Positions 37,513-50,094 of a DNA stretch of 64,000 bases are shown here, piece after piece. The stretch lies in assembly GCF_963921235.1 (NCBI RefSeq), contig NC_086108.1, positions 34,598,001 to 34,662,000 on the forward strand. Reading direction: 5' to 3'. The stretch is from Mobula hypostoma. Lineage: Eukaryota. Both the position numbers and the translations under genes were made by a program. The notes below the pieces were generated by a model. It made no database searches. It was not told where the DNA came from and saw only the letters and a list, made by a program, of their open reading frames with translations. The stretch's first letter is position 1, and each line of letters opens with the position of its first letter.

Positions 37513-38820
37513 CAGGTGTCCCCCGCTTTTCGAATGTTCGCTTTATGACACCTCGCTGTTACGATAGACCTACATTAGTTACCTGTTTTCGCTAACAGAA
37601 GGTGTTTTCACTGTTACAAAAAAAGGCAGCGCACGCCCCGAGCAGCTAAGCTTCTCCCCCAGAAATGCATTCTAGCCGGCATTGCTTAAACATGTATCTG
37701 TGAGCATCTGTGCTTTATGTCAATGTATTTTGAGCATCCGTTAGCAAGATGAGTTCTAAGGTATCGGAAAAGCCTGAACGACCTGGTAACGGTGTTACAC
37801 TTAGCGTAAAACTAGACATAATTAAGCGTTTCGATCGTGGTGAACGAATTAAGGACAAAGTGAGTTTGGCTTGTGAAAGTTGATGAAGATGATGTTGAAG
37901 AGGTTTTGGCGTCCCATGACCAAGAACTGATAGATGAAGAGCTGATGCAATTGGAAGAGGAAAGGATAACAATTGAAACCAAATGCAGTAGCAAACGGAC
38001 CGAAAGTGAAGTCGTCCAGGAACTGGACGTGAAGCAACTGCGTGAGATTTTCGCTGCAATTATTGCAGAAAAGTACAACTTTAATTATGAAAGGGTACGT
38101 AGGTTTAGGGCATATTTGCAGGATGGTTTGAGTGCTTACAAAGAACTGTATGATAGAAAACTCCGTGAGGCTAAGCAGTCAAGCATACTGTCGGTTTTCA
38201 AGCCTTCCACATCAGCCACAGCAGATGACGAACCTCGACCTTTGACAGTGAGGCAGGCAGACAGAGAAGAAGATGACCTGCCTGCACTGATGGAAACAGA
38301 CGAAGATGAGATGACACCCCAGTGTCCCACCATCCCTACCTCCGAGTACTCAGCCTAACACACCATCATCAGTGTGCTCGCTGTCTTCCCGATTCCAGTA
38401 GGTGATATTATGCTGTACATACATTATTTCTACTTTATATAGGCTGTGTATTTTTATGTGTTATTTTGTATGATTTGGCAGCTTCGTAGCTTAAAGGTTA
38501 CTGGAGAGGGTGTTTCTGCCGAGAGTGCTTGTGTGAGATTTTCGCTACGGTGGTGGACAGTACAGCAATGATTGCAGAAAAGAATTTCTACTTTATATAG
38601 GCTGTGTATTTATCATATCATTCCTGCTTTACTATATGTTACTGTTATTTTAGGTTTTATGTGTTATTTGGCATGATTAGGTAGGTTATTTTTTGGGTCT
38701 GCGAATGCTCAGAAATTTTTCCCATATAAATAAATGGTAATTGCTTCTTCACTTTATGACATTCCGGTTTACGAACCATTTCGTAGGAACGCTCTATCTT
38801 CGGATGGCGGGGGAAACCTG
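37513..38820 (+). mobile_element. Internally deleted Tigger/pogo transposon (copy 2)
   Basis: TA|CAGGTGTCCCCCGC...GCGGGGGAAACCTG|TA. ATG at 37749 gives MSSKVSEKP..VTLSVKLDIIKRFDRGERIKD (CENP-B-type HTH start), joined out of frame to the C-terminus VDEDDVEEVLASHDQELIDEELMQLEE. The DDE domain is absent. Confidence 0.92.
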
Positions 38821-38829
38821 TATTTATTT

Positions 38830-41613
38830 CCTTAACAATCAGAACCACATGACCAACAGAGCACCACAGTACAACTAATGAATTTTTGAATATCTGATTG
38901 CAACTTGGTTAAAGATAGTCGAAGATCACCTCTCATAACATCAAGGCGGTTACGGGGTTTTGATAGCAGGCGAAGAGCTTGACGGAAAACCACGTTCAAT
39001 GAGATAAGGAGTAGGAAATCCAATTAAAACAACTTTGCTTTGTCCCAGAGCTCTGGAAACTTATTTTGAATTTCACTAATTATACAGAAATTTTGCTTGA
39101 CCTGCTACATCACCTTGCAACTCAATTAGACATTCTTGCAACATGATGTCAACTTCATTCACATTCACCCCAAATGAATCCACCACCCAGTCTGGAATAT
39201 GCATCTCCAGCAGGTCTCTGAACCAAAATTCCATATCAGTGTGCAATTGTTTCCAATGATCAAGACATACAACCAGATCATCATCCTGCAATTTTAGTTT
39301 AAGAGTGGCCAGTGAAGGAAATTGCAATAAACTCACAACATCCAATATTGCTGCTGAAAAGTTTGAGTTTTCCAAGCAAAGTGGCTCTTTGCATGATACA
39401 GTATGTGATTTCAGTTTTTTCCTTGTAACTGTGTTTAATGAATTCTGTTTTTAAAATATATCTGAAAGATAAAATATGTCAGACTTAGCAGTGACAATTT
39501 GTTCTTCAAATTGCCTATCACTTAGATTGCTACAATACTATCCCGAAGTGCAACCAAGTGACAATGACAGTTACCTTTTGATAACCATCGCAACTCTGTC
39601 TGCATTAGTAGCTGCTTTCCTCACAAAGTTGTTGGAAAAGATGATTTTGAAGTGCGTAAGACTTGATGAAGTTGACAGCTATTATTACAGCAGCAAGGGT
39701 GCTGTGCAAACGTCCTCCCAATTTTTTTGTAACCAAGGGCTGACGATGAATGACACAGTGTATGCAAAAAATGTCAGGCACAGCACTTCTCAGATGAGCA
39801 ATGAATCCTCTGTATCTTCCTACCATCAAAGCAGCACCATCAGTTGCACAAGCTAATATATTTTACAGCAGAATATTGTTTTCTAAGCAATAGTTCTTTA
39901 CTTCTTCAAAAATTGTTTCACCTTTGGTATGTAAGCTTTCGTCACTGGCCTGAGAATCATTCATATGTCATCAGAAGGGCTTCATTATCACATAATGTGC
40001 ATTCATCGATTTGTAGAGCTAACTCCTTAACTTGCAGTTGTGCAAAACTAGTTGTTTTTCCACATCATTGGACATTTCATCGATACATCTTGATACTGAT
40101 GAGCTGCTCAGGGGAATGGCTTGAATAAGTTCGTATTAGTTCTGATTCATTACAGTAGAAATTGTAAAAAAAAACTGCAGGCAGAATCAATGACTCACCT
40201 ATATTATGTGGCTTGCTGGCTCTGCAATTAAGATTGAAATCTAATAGGATACAAGTAAACTTTTGTCTGTCTTGGAATATTGTCACAGTAGCTATAGGTA
40301 ATATAAAAAAGAAAAAAATTTTAAAATATATATAATTGTGTGAATATATATACTGTCTATATGTGAGTATGTCTTGAGATATATATATATAAGAGTAACA
40401 ACAATGCAATTGTAGGCTCTATAGAAAATTGTAAATGTCAAAGAATGATAATAAGCATTATTCTCCCCCCACCCCACACACGCACACACACATGCACACA
40501 CACACACACACTCACACACACACTCACACACACTCACACACACTCACACACACACACTCACACACACACACACTCACACTCACACACACACTCACACACA
40601 CACACACACACACTCACACACACTCACACACACTCACACACACTCACACTCACACACACACACATACACACACACTCACACTCACACTCACATACACATA
40701 CACACACACTCACACTCACACTCACACACACATGCGCGCACACACACTCACACACACACACACACACGCACACACACTCACACACACTCACACACACACT
40801 CACACACACACACATACACATACACACACATTCACACACACACTCACACTCACACATACACACACACTCACACTCACACTCACACATACACACACACCCA
40901 CACTCACACTCACACATACACATACACCCCACACACACACTCACACTCACACACACATGCGCGCACACACACTCACACACACACACATGCACAAACACAC
41001 ACTCACACACACACGCACACACACCCCCCCACACACACACACACACTCACACACACACACTCACACTCACACACACATGCGCACACACACACTCACACTC
41101 ACACACACATGCGCGCACACACACTCACACACACACACACGCACACACACCCCCCACACACACACACACACTCACACACACACACTCACACACACACACA
41201 CATGCACACACACGCACACACACGCACACACACACATATACACGCACACACACGCACACCCCATACACTCACACACACACACACGCACGCACACACACTC
41301 ACACACACATACACATACACACACACTCACACTCACACTCACACACACACACGCACACGCGCGTGAAGCTATTTTGCTGCCTCATTTGCATAATCTAGCA
41401 TATTTCCCCATTCATTTCATTCAGTGTTCCAATTAACTTTGATATATTCATTTTTGATTTATATATTTTAGTAATATTTCATTAGAACAGTAAGCTTACC
41501 ATGGCCCATTCAGAAACTCATGTGGCCCCCAGTTTCTTGTTTTTTGCTTGTGTCGCCTACGACATCGGACATGGACACCTGGGGAGCCACATGGCTCATG
41601 CTGAAAACCACTG
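38830..41613 (-). mobile_element. Degraded hAT Charlie/Buster transposon (ZBED5/SCAND3-like transposase pseudogene, ~38850-40280)
   Basis: Minus fragments KPHNIGESLILPA, MVGRYRGFIAHL..CIHCVIHRQ.LV.K..AVNFIK, RFRDLL-like FRDLLEM.IPDWVV and RNRLD..GDLRLSLTKL. Charlie-like end (gctgaaaaccactg) at 41613. The other end was not found. Confidence 0.8.
40475..41363. repeat. ~890-bp compound (CA)n/(CACACT)n microsatellite
   Basis: CA repeats interspersed with CT, TA and CG variants. Source of the His/Thr-rich spurious ORFs. Confidence 0.95.
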
Positions 41614-41789
41614 GCCTAATCTACTGCAAGAACACTGCTCTAATCTTCACAAATTACCACCAAAAGGAACAGGCACTTCAGGCTTTGCATTGTCCTGACT
41701 TGGAACCATTCCTTCATTGTTGCTGGGTCTGAATCCTGGAACTTTCTGTCCAGCTGCACGGAGTGCCATCACCAGAAGACCAGTGGCAT

Positions 41790-42085
41790 GGCAGTGGATA
41801 GAGCTGTTACTTTATACCTACAGCAACCCGGAGTCGGTCCTGATCTCCATTGCTATCTGTGTGGAGACTCTGTGACATCGTGATTCCTCCTTTCTCACTG
41901 ATATCCTCTCACTTTCCAAATGCATGCATGTTAGTAGCTTAATTGGCCATTGTAAATTGTCCCTCGTGTGCAGGTAAGTGGTAGGATCTGGGGAGAGTTA
42001 TTGGGAGAATACGATGTGATTAGTGTAGAATTGGAGAAGGGATTCTTGATGGTCACTGTACTGAAGGGCTTGTAACTCCTATAAC
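41790..42085 (+). mobile_element. V-SINE (HE1-like), degraded
   Basis: gcaacccggagtcggtcctgatctcc...ttaattggccattgtaaattgtccc...gaagggcttgta. Confidence 0.55.
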
Positions 42086-42159
42086 TCAATTAAGTGCCAG
42101 CCTGCTTGCAACACCATATTCCCTCAAACTTAAATAAAAAGTCATGATAATTCACAGTT

Positions 42160-42906
42160 ATTATTTTGGAGGACCTGTACTGGGCCCGGCATATCAGTGT
42201 AATTATGAAGAAAGCACAGCAGCATCTCTACTTCCTTAAGAGTTTACAATGATTCTGCATGACATCTAAGACTTTGACAAACTTCTATAGGTGTGTGGTG
42301 GAGAGTATATTGACTGGATGCATCACATCCTGGTAGGGAAACACCAATGCCCTTGAATGGAAAATCTTGCAAAAAGCAGTGGATACGGCCCAGTTCATCA
42401 CAGGTACAGCCCTCCGAACTATTGTACATTTACATGAAGCGTTGTCACAGGAAAGCAGCATCTATCATCAGGGACCACCAAACCATCCCCCCACCACCCC
42501 CACCCTCTCTTCTCGCTGCTGCCATCAGGAAGAAGGTACAGGAGCCTCCGGACTCATACAGGTTCAGGAACAGTTATTACCCGTCAACTATCAGCACTCA
42601 ACTTCACTTGCCCCATCATCAAAAAGCTCTCACAACCTATGGACTCACTTTCAAGGATTCTTCATCTCATGTTCTTGATATTTATTGCCTAATTATTTAT
42701 CATTATTATTATTATGTCTTTCTTTCTGCGTTTATACAGTCTGTTGTCTCATAACGATTGAATCCCTAAGTTGGTGTGGTCTTATTGATTCTATTATGGT
42801 TATTATTGTATCATGGATTTATTGAGTAGACCTGCAAGAAATTGAAGCTCAGGTTGTATATGTTGACATATATGTACATTGATAATAAATTTACTTTGAA
42901 CTTTGA
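42160..42906 (+). mobile_element. Rex1/Babar-type LINE 3' fragment
   Basis: Colinear with 17075-17840 (KTLTNFYRCVVESILTGCI; RCHRKAASIIRD; RFRNSYYPSTI). Same tail. Confidence 0.85.
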
Positions 42907-44074
42907 AATCTAAAACACAACTATGAATGATCAATCAGGCAAGTTTAACTGGAGAGAATGTATTCAGTGACAAAAGCAGTTGCTTATCCTGTGTTCTGCA
43001 GAAAAAAATGTTTTATCTGATGGATTTATGTTACAAAGTCAAAGTAAAATCATATTTAATTCTTTTAAGCAATATTCTAATATCTTTGGTGTCTAAAGTT
43101 TAGCTGAGGCTAAACCAGATCTGATTCATGTTCCCCTCAAAGGAGGATCTCTCACGTGAACACACAGACAGAATGGTTTTCCTTTTTATCAGTGGGGCAA
43201 GGGAACTATTATGACATTTACAAATCTCACCCAAATGATTCATTTTCATTGCAACACCCTAAAATGCAAATTTACAGATGGAATTCATAATCTCAAATCT
43301 TCCCATGCAAATTCTGTGCCCAGGGATTGTTAAATTATTGTTCACTCCCTATTTACATGATTATTGACATATAACCAATGGCAAAAATGCTGATTGAAGA
43401 GTAAGCCTTGTTTCATTTGCAAGACAAATGATTGAGTAACACTGCAGTGAACATTAACTGTTCAGGGTGTTCAACTGGAACCTGGAAATGAGTCCGTATT
43501 CTAAGCTGGCAGGAAATAGAATTTAATTGCATAGTATTTTATGGGCCTCAGTTATGAATTGAGTGACCAAGAAAGGATTTAAATCACTTCTTTAGAAAAA
43601 AAATAACGCATATCTGGTTTACTAATTTGAACAATTTAACATGATTTCTAGTTCTTCAACCTATTCTTCAACTATTGACCACTAGTATTCTAGAGAAGAG
43701 GAAAATAAGTCAGTGTGGGGGAGTATAAAGACATTAAGGCAATTCTGTGGCAAGCACCAAAGAATTGGGGCAAACAAGTGCTTGATACAAAGAAGCATGG
43801 ACTGACGTCTTCAAAAGTTGACTGTCGTAATGGTGGTTTTGTTGTAAAAGAGAGCGTGAATAATGGAGCACAATTTTGCCATTCAGAGCCTGCCAGCTAA
43901 AGAATGCTGCAGAAAGGAAAAAAGTCAAAGTTGAGTTTATTATTGTATGCACGAGTATGTACACACAGGTGAAATGAAAAACTTACTTGTAGCAGCATTC
44001 ATAAGGAAAATATAAACATAAATTTTGCAAAGAAGAATGCAATTACAATAAAAAATAGCAAAGTATATTTTATA

Positions 44075-44236
44075 AACACAAGAGATCCTGCAGATTCTGG
44101 AAATCTTAAATGCTGGAGCTCATTAGGTCAGACAGCATCTATGGAGAGGAATAAGCAATTGATGTTTTGAGTCGATTGCTGATTCTGAAAGATAGACTGT
44201 TTATTCCTCTCCACAGATTCTGCCTGACCTGCTGAA
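44075..44236. mobile_element. Palindromic pair of Penelope terminal-repeat fragments
   Basis: aggtcagacagcatctatggagaggaataagca on the left is complementary to tgtttattcctctccacagattctgcctgacct on the right. Confidence 0.7.
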
Positions 44237-44819
44237 AGTTCATTTTAGTGTGAACTGATCAAAGTGATCATAGCTTTGCTAAACTCTGGTGATCTTGTGC
44301 CAGTTGATTTAAGAAATCACATTAATTAATGAATTCACCAGGCATGTTGTACATAGCAAGGTCCCACAAAATGAAATGAATTTATATTGATGCATAGGTT
44401 GTGATCAAAGTTTTCAAATGTAGAGGAAGCAGGCTTAATTTATTTTTCTGGTATTGTTGGTTCATTGGTAAAGACTACAGTCTCCACTGGGGCTACATTT
44501 CCAATGATGCCTGAGACTTGCTAAGCTTCCTTGGCGCCTGTGTACAATGCTCCTTCGGTCAACATATTCTGGATAGATCATGAAACCATATATTTCACTT
44601 CTTTTATGTCTTTTACATTTGTTTTTCACCTTGAATGTGATTCTGGAAATGTTGAAGCCTGTGATTTGCAGTTTGGAGATTGTTTGGGTGTTTCAGCACT
44701 CTGCAGTCTCCAACAGTATTCTCGTGGTGAGAATACTGTGGGACGGGGTACGAGCCAGTGTTTGACTCCATTTCTCCAATGAAAGCTTCCACTGTTGGCC
44801 ATTTAAAGTGACAAAGGGG

Positions 44820-45232
44820 ATTGAAACATCGAGGCGAATATGGAAAATGATCGCTCTGCTACAGATAGGGGAGATTACCTGTTGATTGCTAGTGGGATCG
44901 CTCTGCTACGGACAGGATAGGCCTGCCGCTGGGCCCGGAGAATGTCACCCAATTTTTCTGCATTTTGGATATGGACTTGGACTATAGACTTTTTTTCAGT
45001 CTTATAATTTTTTATATTCTGTGTTTTTCGCCTGATCTTTCATGTTTTTTTGTGTATGCAGGGGTGGGGGATTTGGAGGTCAATATGCCTGATCCATTTT
45101 TGTTCAGTTTTTTATGCAAGTAGGGATTTGGGGATTGATGATGGTACCACTGTTCTTTTCTTTCCTGGTTTCGTGGCTATCTGGAGAAGAAGAATCTCAG
45201 AGTTCTACACTTTGATAATAAATGAACCTTTG
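44820..45232 (+). mobile_element. Non-autonomous retroposon related to 4200-5272
   Basis: Shared 3' end ggctatctggagaaga..aat(c/a)tcagagtt...ctttgataataaatgaacctttga. Confidence 0.55.
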
Positions 45233-45479
45233 ATTAGGCTTGGATTAAATCGGGCGTTTGCTAGGTGGCACGGTAGGGCTAGTCCACGCTGTAGCCCAAT
45301 AAATAAACAAATAGATAAATAGAATGGGAGAAGAAATCTGGGCTCAGAGAGTGGAGTGGAGTGCTGGTGTGTGTGCAAGTTGGGATGGGTTTCTGATCCA
45401 ACACAGGGTTAGCTTGATGAATCTTTCTGGAAGTGCCAGAATCTGATTGCACTCCCCTGAAGAGTTTGTGTTGCGTTAA

Positions 45480-45722
45480 GACCATCACCCTTATTGAAGT
45501 ATAGGCCGTTGACAGCAGCTAGTTAGAGTCCTTGTCATGGGCCAGCCTTCAAGTTGTCCCCAGGTGTAGCCCATCTTCTTGGTGTCCTTCCTCTCCCAAT
45601 GATGGTCTTTGGAGCTCCTGTTGGTGTTTCTGTAGCTCTGGGTTTTTATAGGTTAGGGTTGCAAGCTCCATGCAATCCTCAACCTTTCACAGCGGGTTTG
45701 GGACCATCCACGGTGAAGTTTA
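45480..45722 (-). mobile_element. ~240-bp RTE-derived SINE-like element with a 5' twister-like motif
   Basis: Minus strand: twister-like head, then gcaaccctaacctataaaaaccc (RTE 5'UTR-like), then ggctacacctggggacaacttgaaggctggccc...gctgctgtcaacggcctatac (RTE ORF end/3' tail-like). Confidence 0.7.
45673..45722 (-). ncRNA. Degenerate twister ribozyme motif
   Basis: TAAACTTCACCGTGGATGGTCCCAAACCCGCTGTGAAAGGTTGAGGATTG compared with the twister pattern UAACnCnGCC...GGUCCCAAGCCCGGnnAAAnGnGGAGGG. Confidence 0.6.
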
Positions 45723-46139
45723 GAATAATTTATTGCGTGTTAAATCTAATTCTGAGTTTCTCACTTGGAATTCACTGGTAGATGTTGTCCATTATTTCCT
45801 ACCTTGCAAACCAATATATTATACCAACACCTTAATATCTTAATCGCTACTTCAATCAAACCCAAATTCTAATTTTAATAATTATTGCAGCTAAATTTTT
45901 TGGTTGATATTTTCTCATTGAAGAATAAATTGGAATTCATATATGTTGTCAACAAATCAGACAGCACGTGTGGATAGAGGAAAATAATTAACGTTTCATG
46001 TTGAAGACTCTTTCTTGGTTTGGTTTAGTTTCTGGAAGAAGGCACAACAAGATCAACATTTTGGTTTCATTTTGACTTGCTGCTTGTGAGTCAGCAAAAC
46101 TGAAAGTGTCCAATGCCATTCACCCATTTTTTTCTTTAT

Positions 46140-46385
46140 TGATTGACTGATTGATTGATTGAATAGGCCCTTCCAGCCTTTCAAGCCATGCCACCCAGCA
46201 ACCCCTAGTTTAACCCTCACCAAATTATGGGTCAATTCACAATGAACAATTAACCTACAAACCGAACGTCTTTGGACTGTGGGAGTAAACCAGAGCACCC
46301 GGAGTAAACCCATGCAGACACGGGCAGGACGTACAAAATCCTCCCTGACAGTGGTGGGAATTGATCCCGAGTCACTGGAACTGTA
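46140..46385 (-). mobile_element. V-SINE with (ATCA)n-like tail
   Basis: cgtctttggactgtgggagtaaaccagagcacccggagtaaacccatgcagacacggg is the reverse V-domain. (gatt)n at the left end. Confidence 0.75.
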
Positions 46386-49307
46386 AATATTTGACAGTTA
46401 ATTACCTTCCTTGCTGACTTCGTAGTGGTACGTGCAGAGCTGTGGGACAGTCAAGACGTGTCCTGAAGAAGTTGATCACGATGCCAGTTCATCATCATGC
46501 CCTGGTTCACCACTGCCCCCAGTTCCTTCCACCTAATCCTTGGCACTGCAGAGATTTGATCAGAGGGTCACATCCCCAATGGAGAGACCTAGGGTAGCTT
46601 GCTCATATGAGCATGGTTTTATTTCCTCCCCAGGAAAGGCAAGTATAAGCTCATGGAAAATAATTGTTTATTAAATCAAACCAACACAATTTTATATACT
46701 TTTTAATTCAATTGATGGAATTTACCTACAAGTGGGTATAACTAGTAATGAGCTGGATGTGGTTACAAGCCGGCGTCTTGGTAGAAATGAATGGTAGAAA
46801 TAATTTTCCCACTTGCTTTTGTTGAAGCTGTCTTAAACCCATTAAACCAAATAATAAATGTTTGCGTCAGTTACATTTTATGGGCATGGTATACCTTTGG
46901 ATATAATGAAATTTAAAACACAGTTAGACTTGTCAGGTTTGTCACAGCTGTGCGACTAGTGGTTTGATATGGTATTACAGCGTAGTATTTGGCTGCCCTG
47001 TTTTAAAAGTAGAGTGCCAGAGAGAATAGTTGTCAGCGACAACAGATAAGCCGTTAGTATTGTGCATTTGTATTGCTAATTGAATCTTTAATGTTTTACT
47101 GCACCACTGTTTCCTGGGCTGAAGTAATTACACGACCCAAATACATCCATAATAATTACAATCTCTGATGAATATTGCGAAAGATCTATTAACTGCAAAG
47201 TCCTCTCTGCTTCATAGACTCAACAACTTTTTGTTACGACTGACTGATCAGCACTGCTTTTCAGAAGCAGCCAAGGAATGTAAAATCTGCTTCAAAGGCC
47301 TTGTGCTTTTGAATTTAGCTCTGCAGTTTATGATATGGTAATACACATTTACGAATTAATTCTGCTTTGGTCTGATAAAGTTACAAAACCAAAGATGTGC
47401 TTGGCTGCATTGCCACTGACTGACAGAGGCCAGTACTGGAGAAAGACCAGCACAGGCTGTTTATATCAAACCATATAGATAAGCAACATGCTGCAAACAA
47501 TCCTGAGACAAATTCCTGGAACGCTGCTGGAACAAACGCTTTTTCAGCGTAATCAAAAAGATTCAGTTCAGTTCGAAGGCCAAGGTTGAGCCTTTGGCTC
47601 TTTTCCACTTTGTTACTTCTTGCTGGCAGCTCTCTGAATTTCACAAGTGAACAGTCATTTCATTCTAATAACACTGTCCCACTTGCTGTACAGTCAAGAA
47701 TTGACATTCGGATTTTTCTATTGCCTTTGCAACTACAGTATAAAGGGATTTTTCTTAATGGCTGGTATGTCTTTGTGTTCCTGAAAATAATCATTGTTCT
47801 TCCTTGAGAAACGTTTGAAATCTTGGGTACAATTGTTGCCATCGGAATTGTTTATTTACACATTGACTGTGTCTCACAGCTCTATATGATCCACTGAATT
47901 TCTCATCACCATCTTTTCACACTTCGATGTGTCACGTCAGTGTTCTGTGATGTTTTAACTGTCTACTGGTAAGATTTGTGATTACATGAGAAGGAGCCAG
48001 TCCTAGCCACTGGCACAAGCACGTGTGTTTGCCTGGAGGGACACTCTGACCCTTTTGCATTGACACTGCGTTTCTGAAATGTGCTTGGCACTACACACTG
48101 GTACAGTTGTGTTTGTGTGCCGGCTGTGCGTGGACCACAGCACATAGCTCTTTCAAATAGTCATACTGTCTCTAATGCATTAGTAAGATGGAGAGAACCC
48201 TTTTCTATAAAGGGAGAGACTGCTTTGTTCTGTCATTGCAAACCAATCTCAGGAGCAGCCTGGAAGAAATTGCAGGAATCAACTACAAAAAAAACGTGGG
48301 GAAACTTTCCTGGGTTTCCTGTAAAATTCCAATGAAAATCCATCAGTTTGAAACATTAATTCTCCCTCCTGTCTTTTTGAGTATTTCCATTATTTACAGT
48401 TTTGAAAACCCAGGTCTCAGCCAGCCAAACAGCCCTTGAGGAAAGAGAAGTAAATCATTGTTACAGGTCAGTGACTCTTCCTCAAACCTGAGAGGAAGAG
48501 TAGAGGGCTTACAGTTTTCAAAACTATATGGAAGTTAAGACCATAAAGAGCATGACCAGTGCCTTTGCTAGAGGTACTTTAAAAGGGGGGGAGGGGTGAG
48601 ATAGGAGCATAAATATCATGATGGTAAATGATGACAGCAGTTTACCCAAAGTTGGAAAAATCAATGTTTATTCCAGAAGGCGGCAAAGTATCTCAATGGA
48701 AGAGAAGATGGTGTTTGGACAACGAAGGAAGCCACAAGTAGACAGATCAGAATGGGAATGGGATTAAGAGTTAATGTATGCTTTGTTTTGAGACCAACAC
48801 CGGTGAATGGCAAGCTTTAATGGGTGTGCATTAGAGAGTAGACTGTAGAGGAGGATAGAAGGTAGATGAGGGAAAGTAGAAACAGATTCCAGCTGAGATG
48901 TTCTTACTGGCCCTGGAGCTGCTACCGAGCTACTTGCAGGCAAAATTATAGTTATTGACTCGTCAAGGGTATCTGAAACAGCATGTGAAGTGAAAGATTT
49001 AGGCTTCTGTTATTTTCATTTGTCTAAAGTACCCAAGTTAGCATATCCTCCCCACCTCCCATCTTGTCCTTCATCCCCACTAATGGTTCTCTTTCTCACC
49101 TCCTTTACTTATCAATATATAGCACTGGTGTTGCTGCTTATTGGTGCACAGAGTTTGTCAAACAACCAATCAGCGTCGAGAATCCCTGCCCATGTCACAA
49201 CTAAGTTGATGTAACGATGACCAATCAGATGACTGCTAAGTATATAAAGGCCAAGCATTCAGAGGACACACCACATCTTTGGTCAAAGATGGGAGGGTAA
49301 AGTGTAG

Positions 49308-49310
<3 letters not shown>

Positions 49311-49374
<64 letters not shown>
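49311..49374. repeat. (GT)n(GA)n microsatellite
   Basis: Direct reading of the sequence. Confidence 0.95.
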
Positions 49375-49375
<1 letters not shown>

Positions 49376-50094
49376 TTGGGTGAAGGGATTTAGAATGTAT
49401 GTCTAGTGCACATTCTGGAGCATAGGGTAGCGGTAATGCACCATTAAGCTGGATACCAACCGCCATAAAACAAGATACAGACAGACAGACAGACACACCA
49501 CAAGTGAACAGCACACAGATGGCGATGTCTCCTCGTAGGGTGATGAAACATTTGCAAATGCATTGCCAGGATCGGAGAACAGCTCAACCCAAGCATCAAC
49601 CACCCGAGCTGCGTATTTGCTGAGTTGTCTCCAACTGCTTGTCTCCCTCCAGCAGCTGTCCCCCACCTTCAAGCTCCCATCCCTTGCTCCACTCCATCTA
49701 TTGTTTTTTCACCTTTTCCCCTCTCTCTTTGCCTACCTCCATTTATGATCCACCTGCCACACTTTTTCCACTTCAACTCCGCTCAACTCCTCTGGAACCA
49801 CCTGCCTGTCATCTTACACCCCTCTTCATTCCACCAGTGGCCACAGAGTCCTTTCTTGCTCCCCCCACCCCCCCATGTTGGCTGTCCTGCCTCTCCACGG
49901 TGTTTTCCACACAGAAATATATGCCGGAACTGTCGATGATTTCTTTCTACGTGCTGATGCTGCTTCACCCACTGATCCGCTCTTTTGCAGATTGTGTGTC
50001 AGCGTTTCCACACGAGAGCCTGATCGTTTTTTATGCTGTCCTCTTCGGCACTGAGTAGCTGGCTTCCTGCATTTCCTACAACACTGCTTAATCT

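Noticed and set aside
37873..38358. TIGD1-like gene
   Set aside because: Lies inside TIRs with a TA TSD, lacks the DDE domain, and has a second decayed copy in the window.
38832..40280. Domesticated ZBED5/SCAND3-like host gene
   Set aside because: Many stops and frameshifts plus a TIR-like end indicate a dead transposon.
40435..41436. His/Thr-rich 333-aa and 317-aa ORFs
   Set aside because: Translation of a CA microsatellite.
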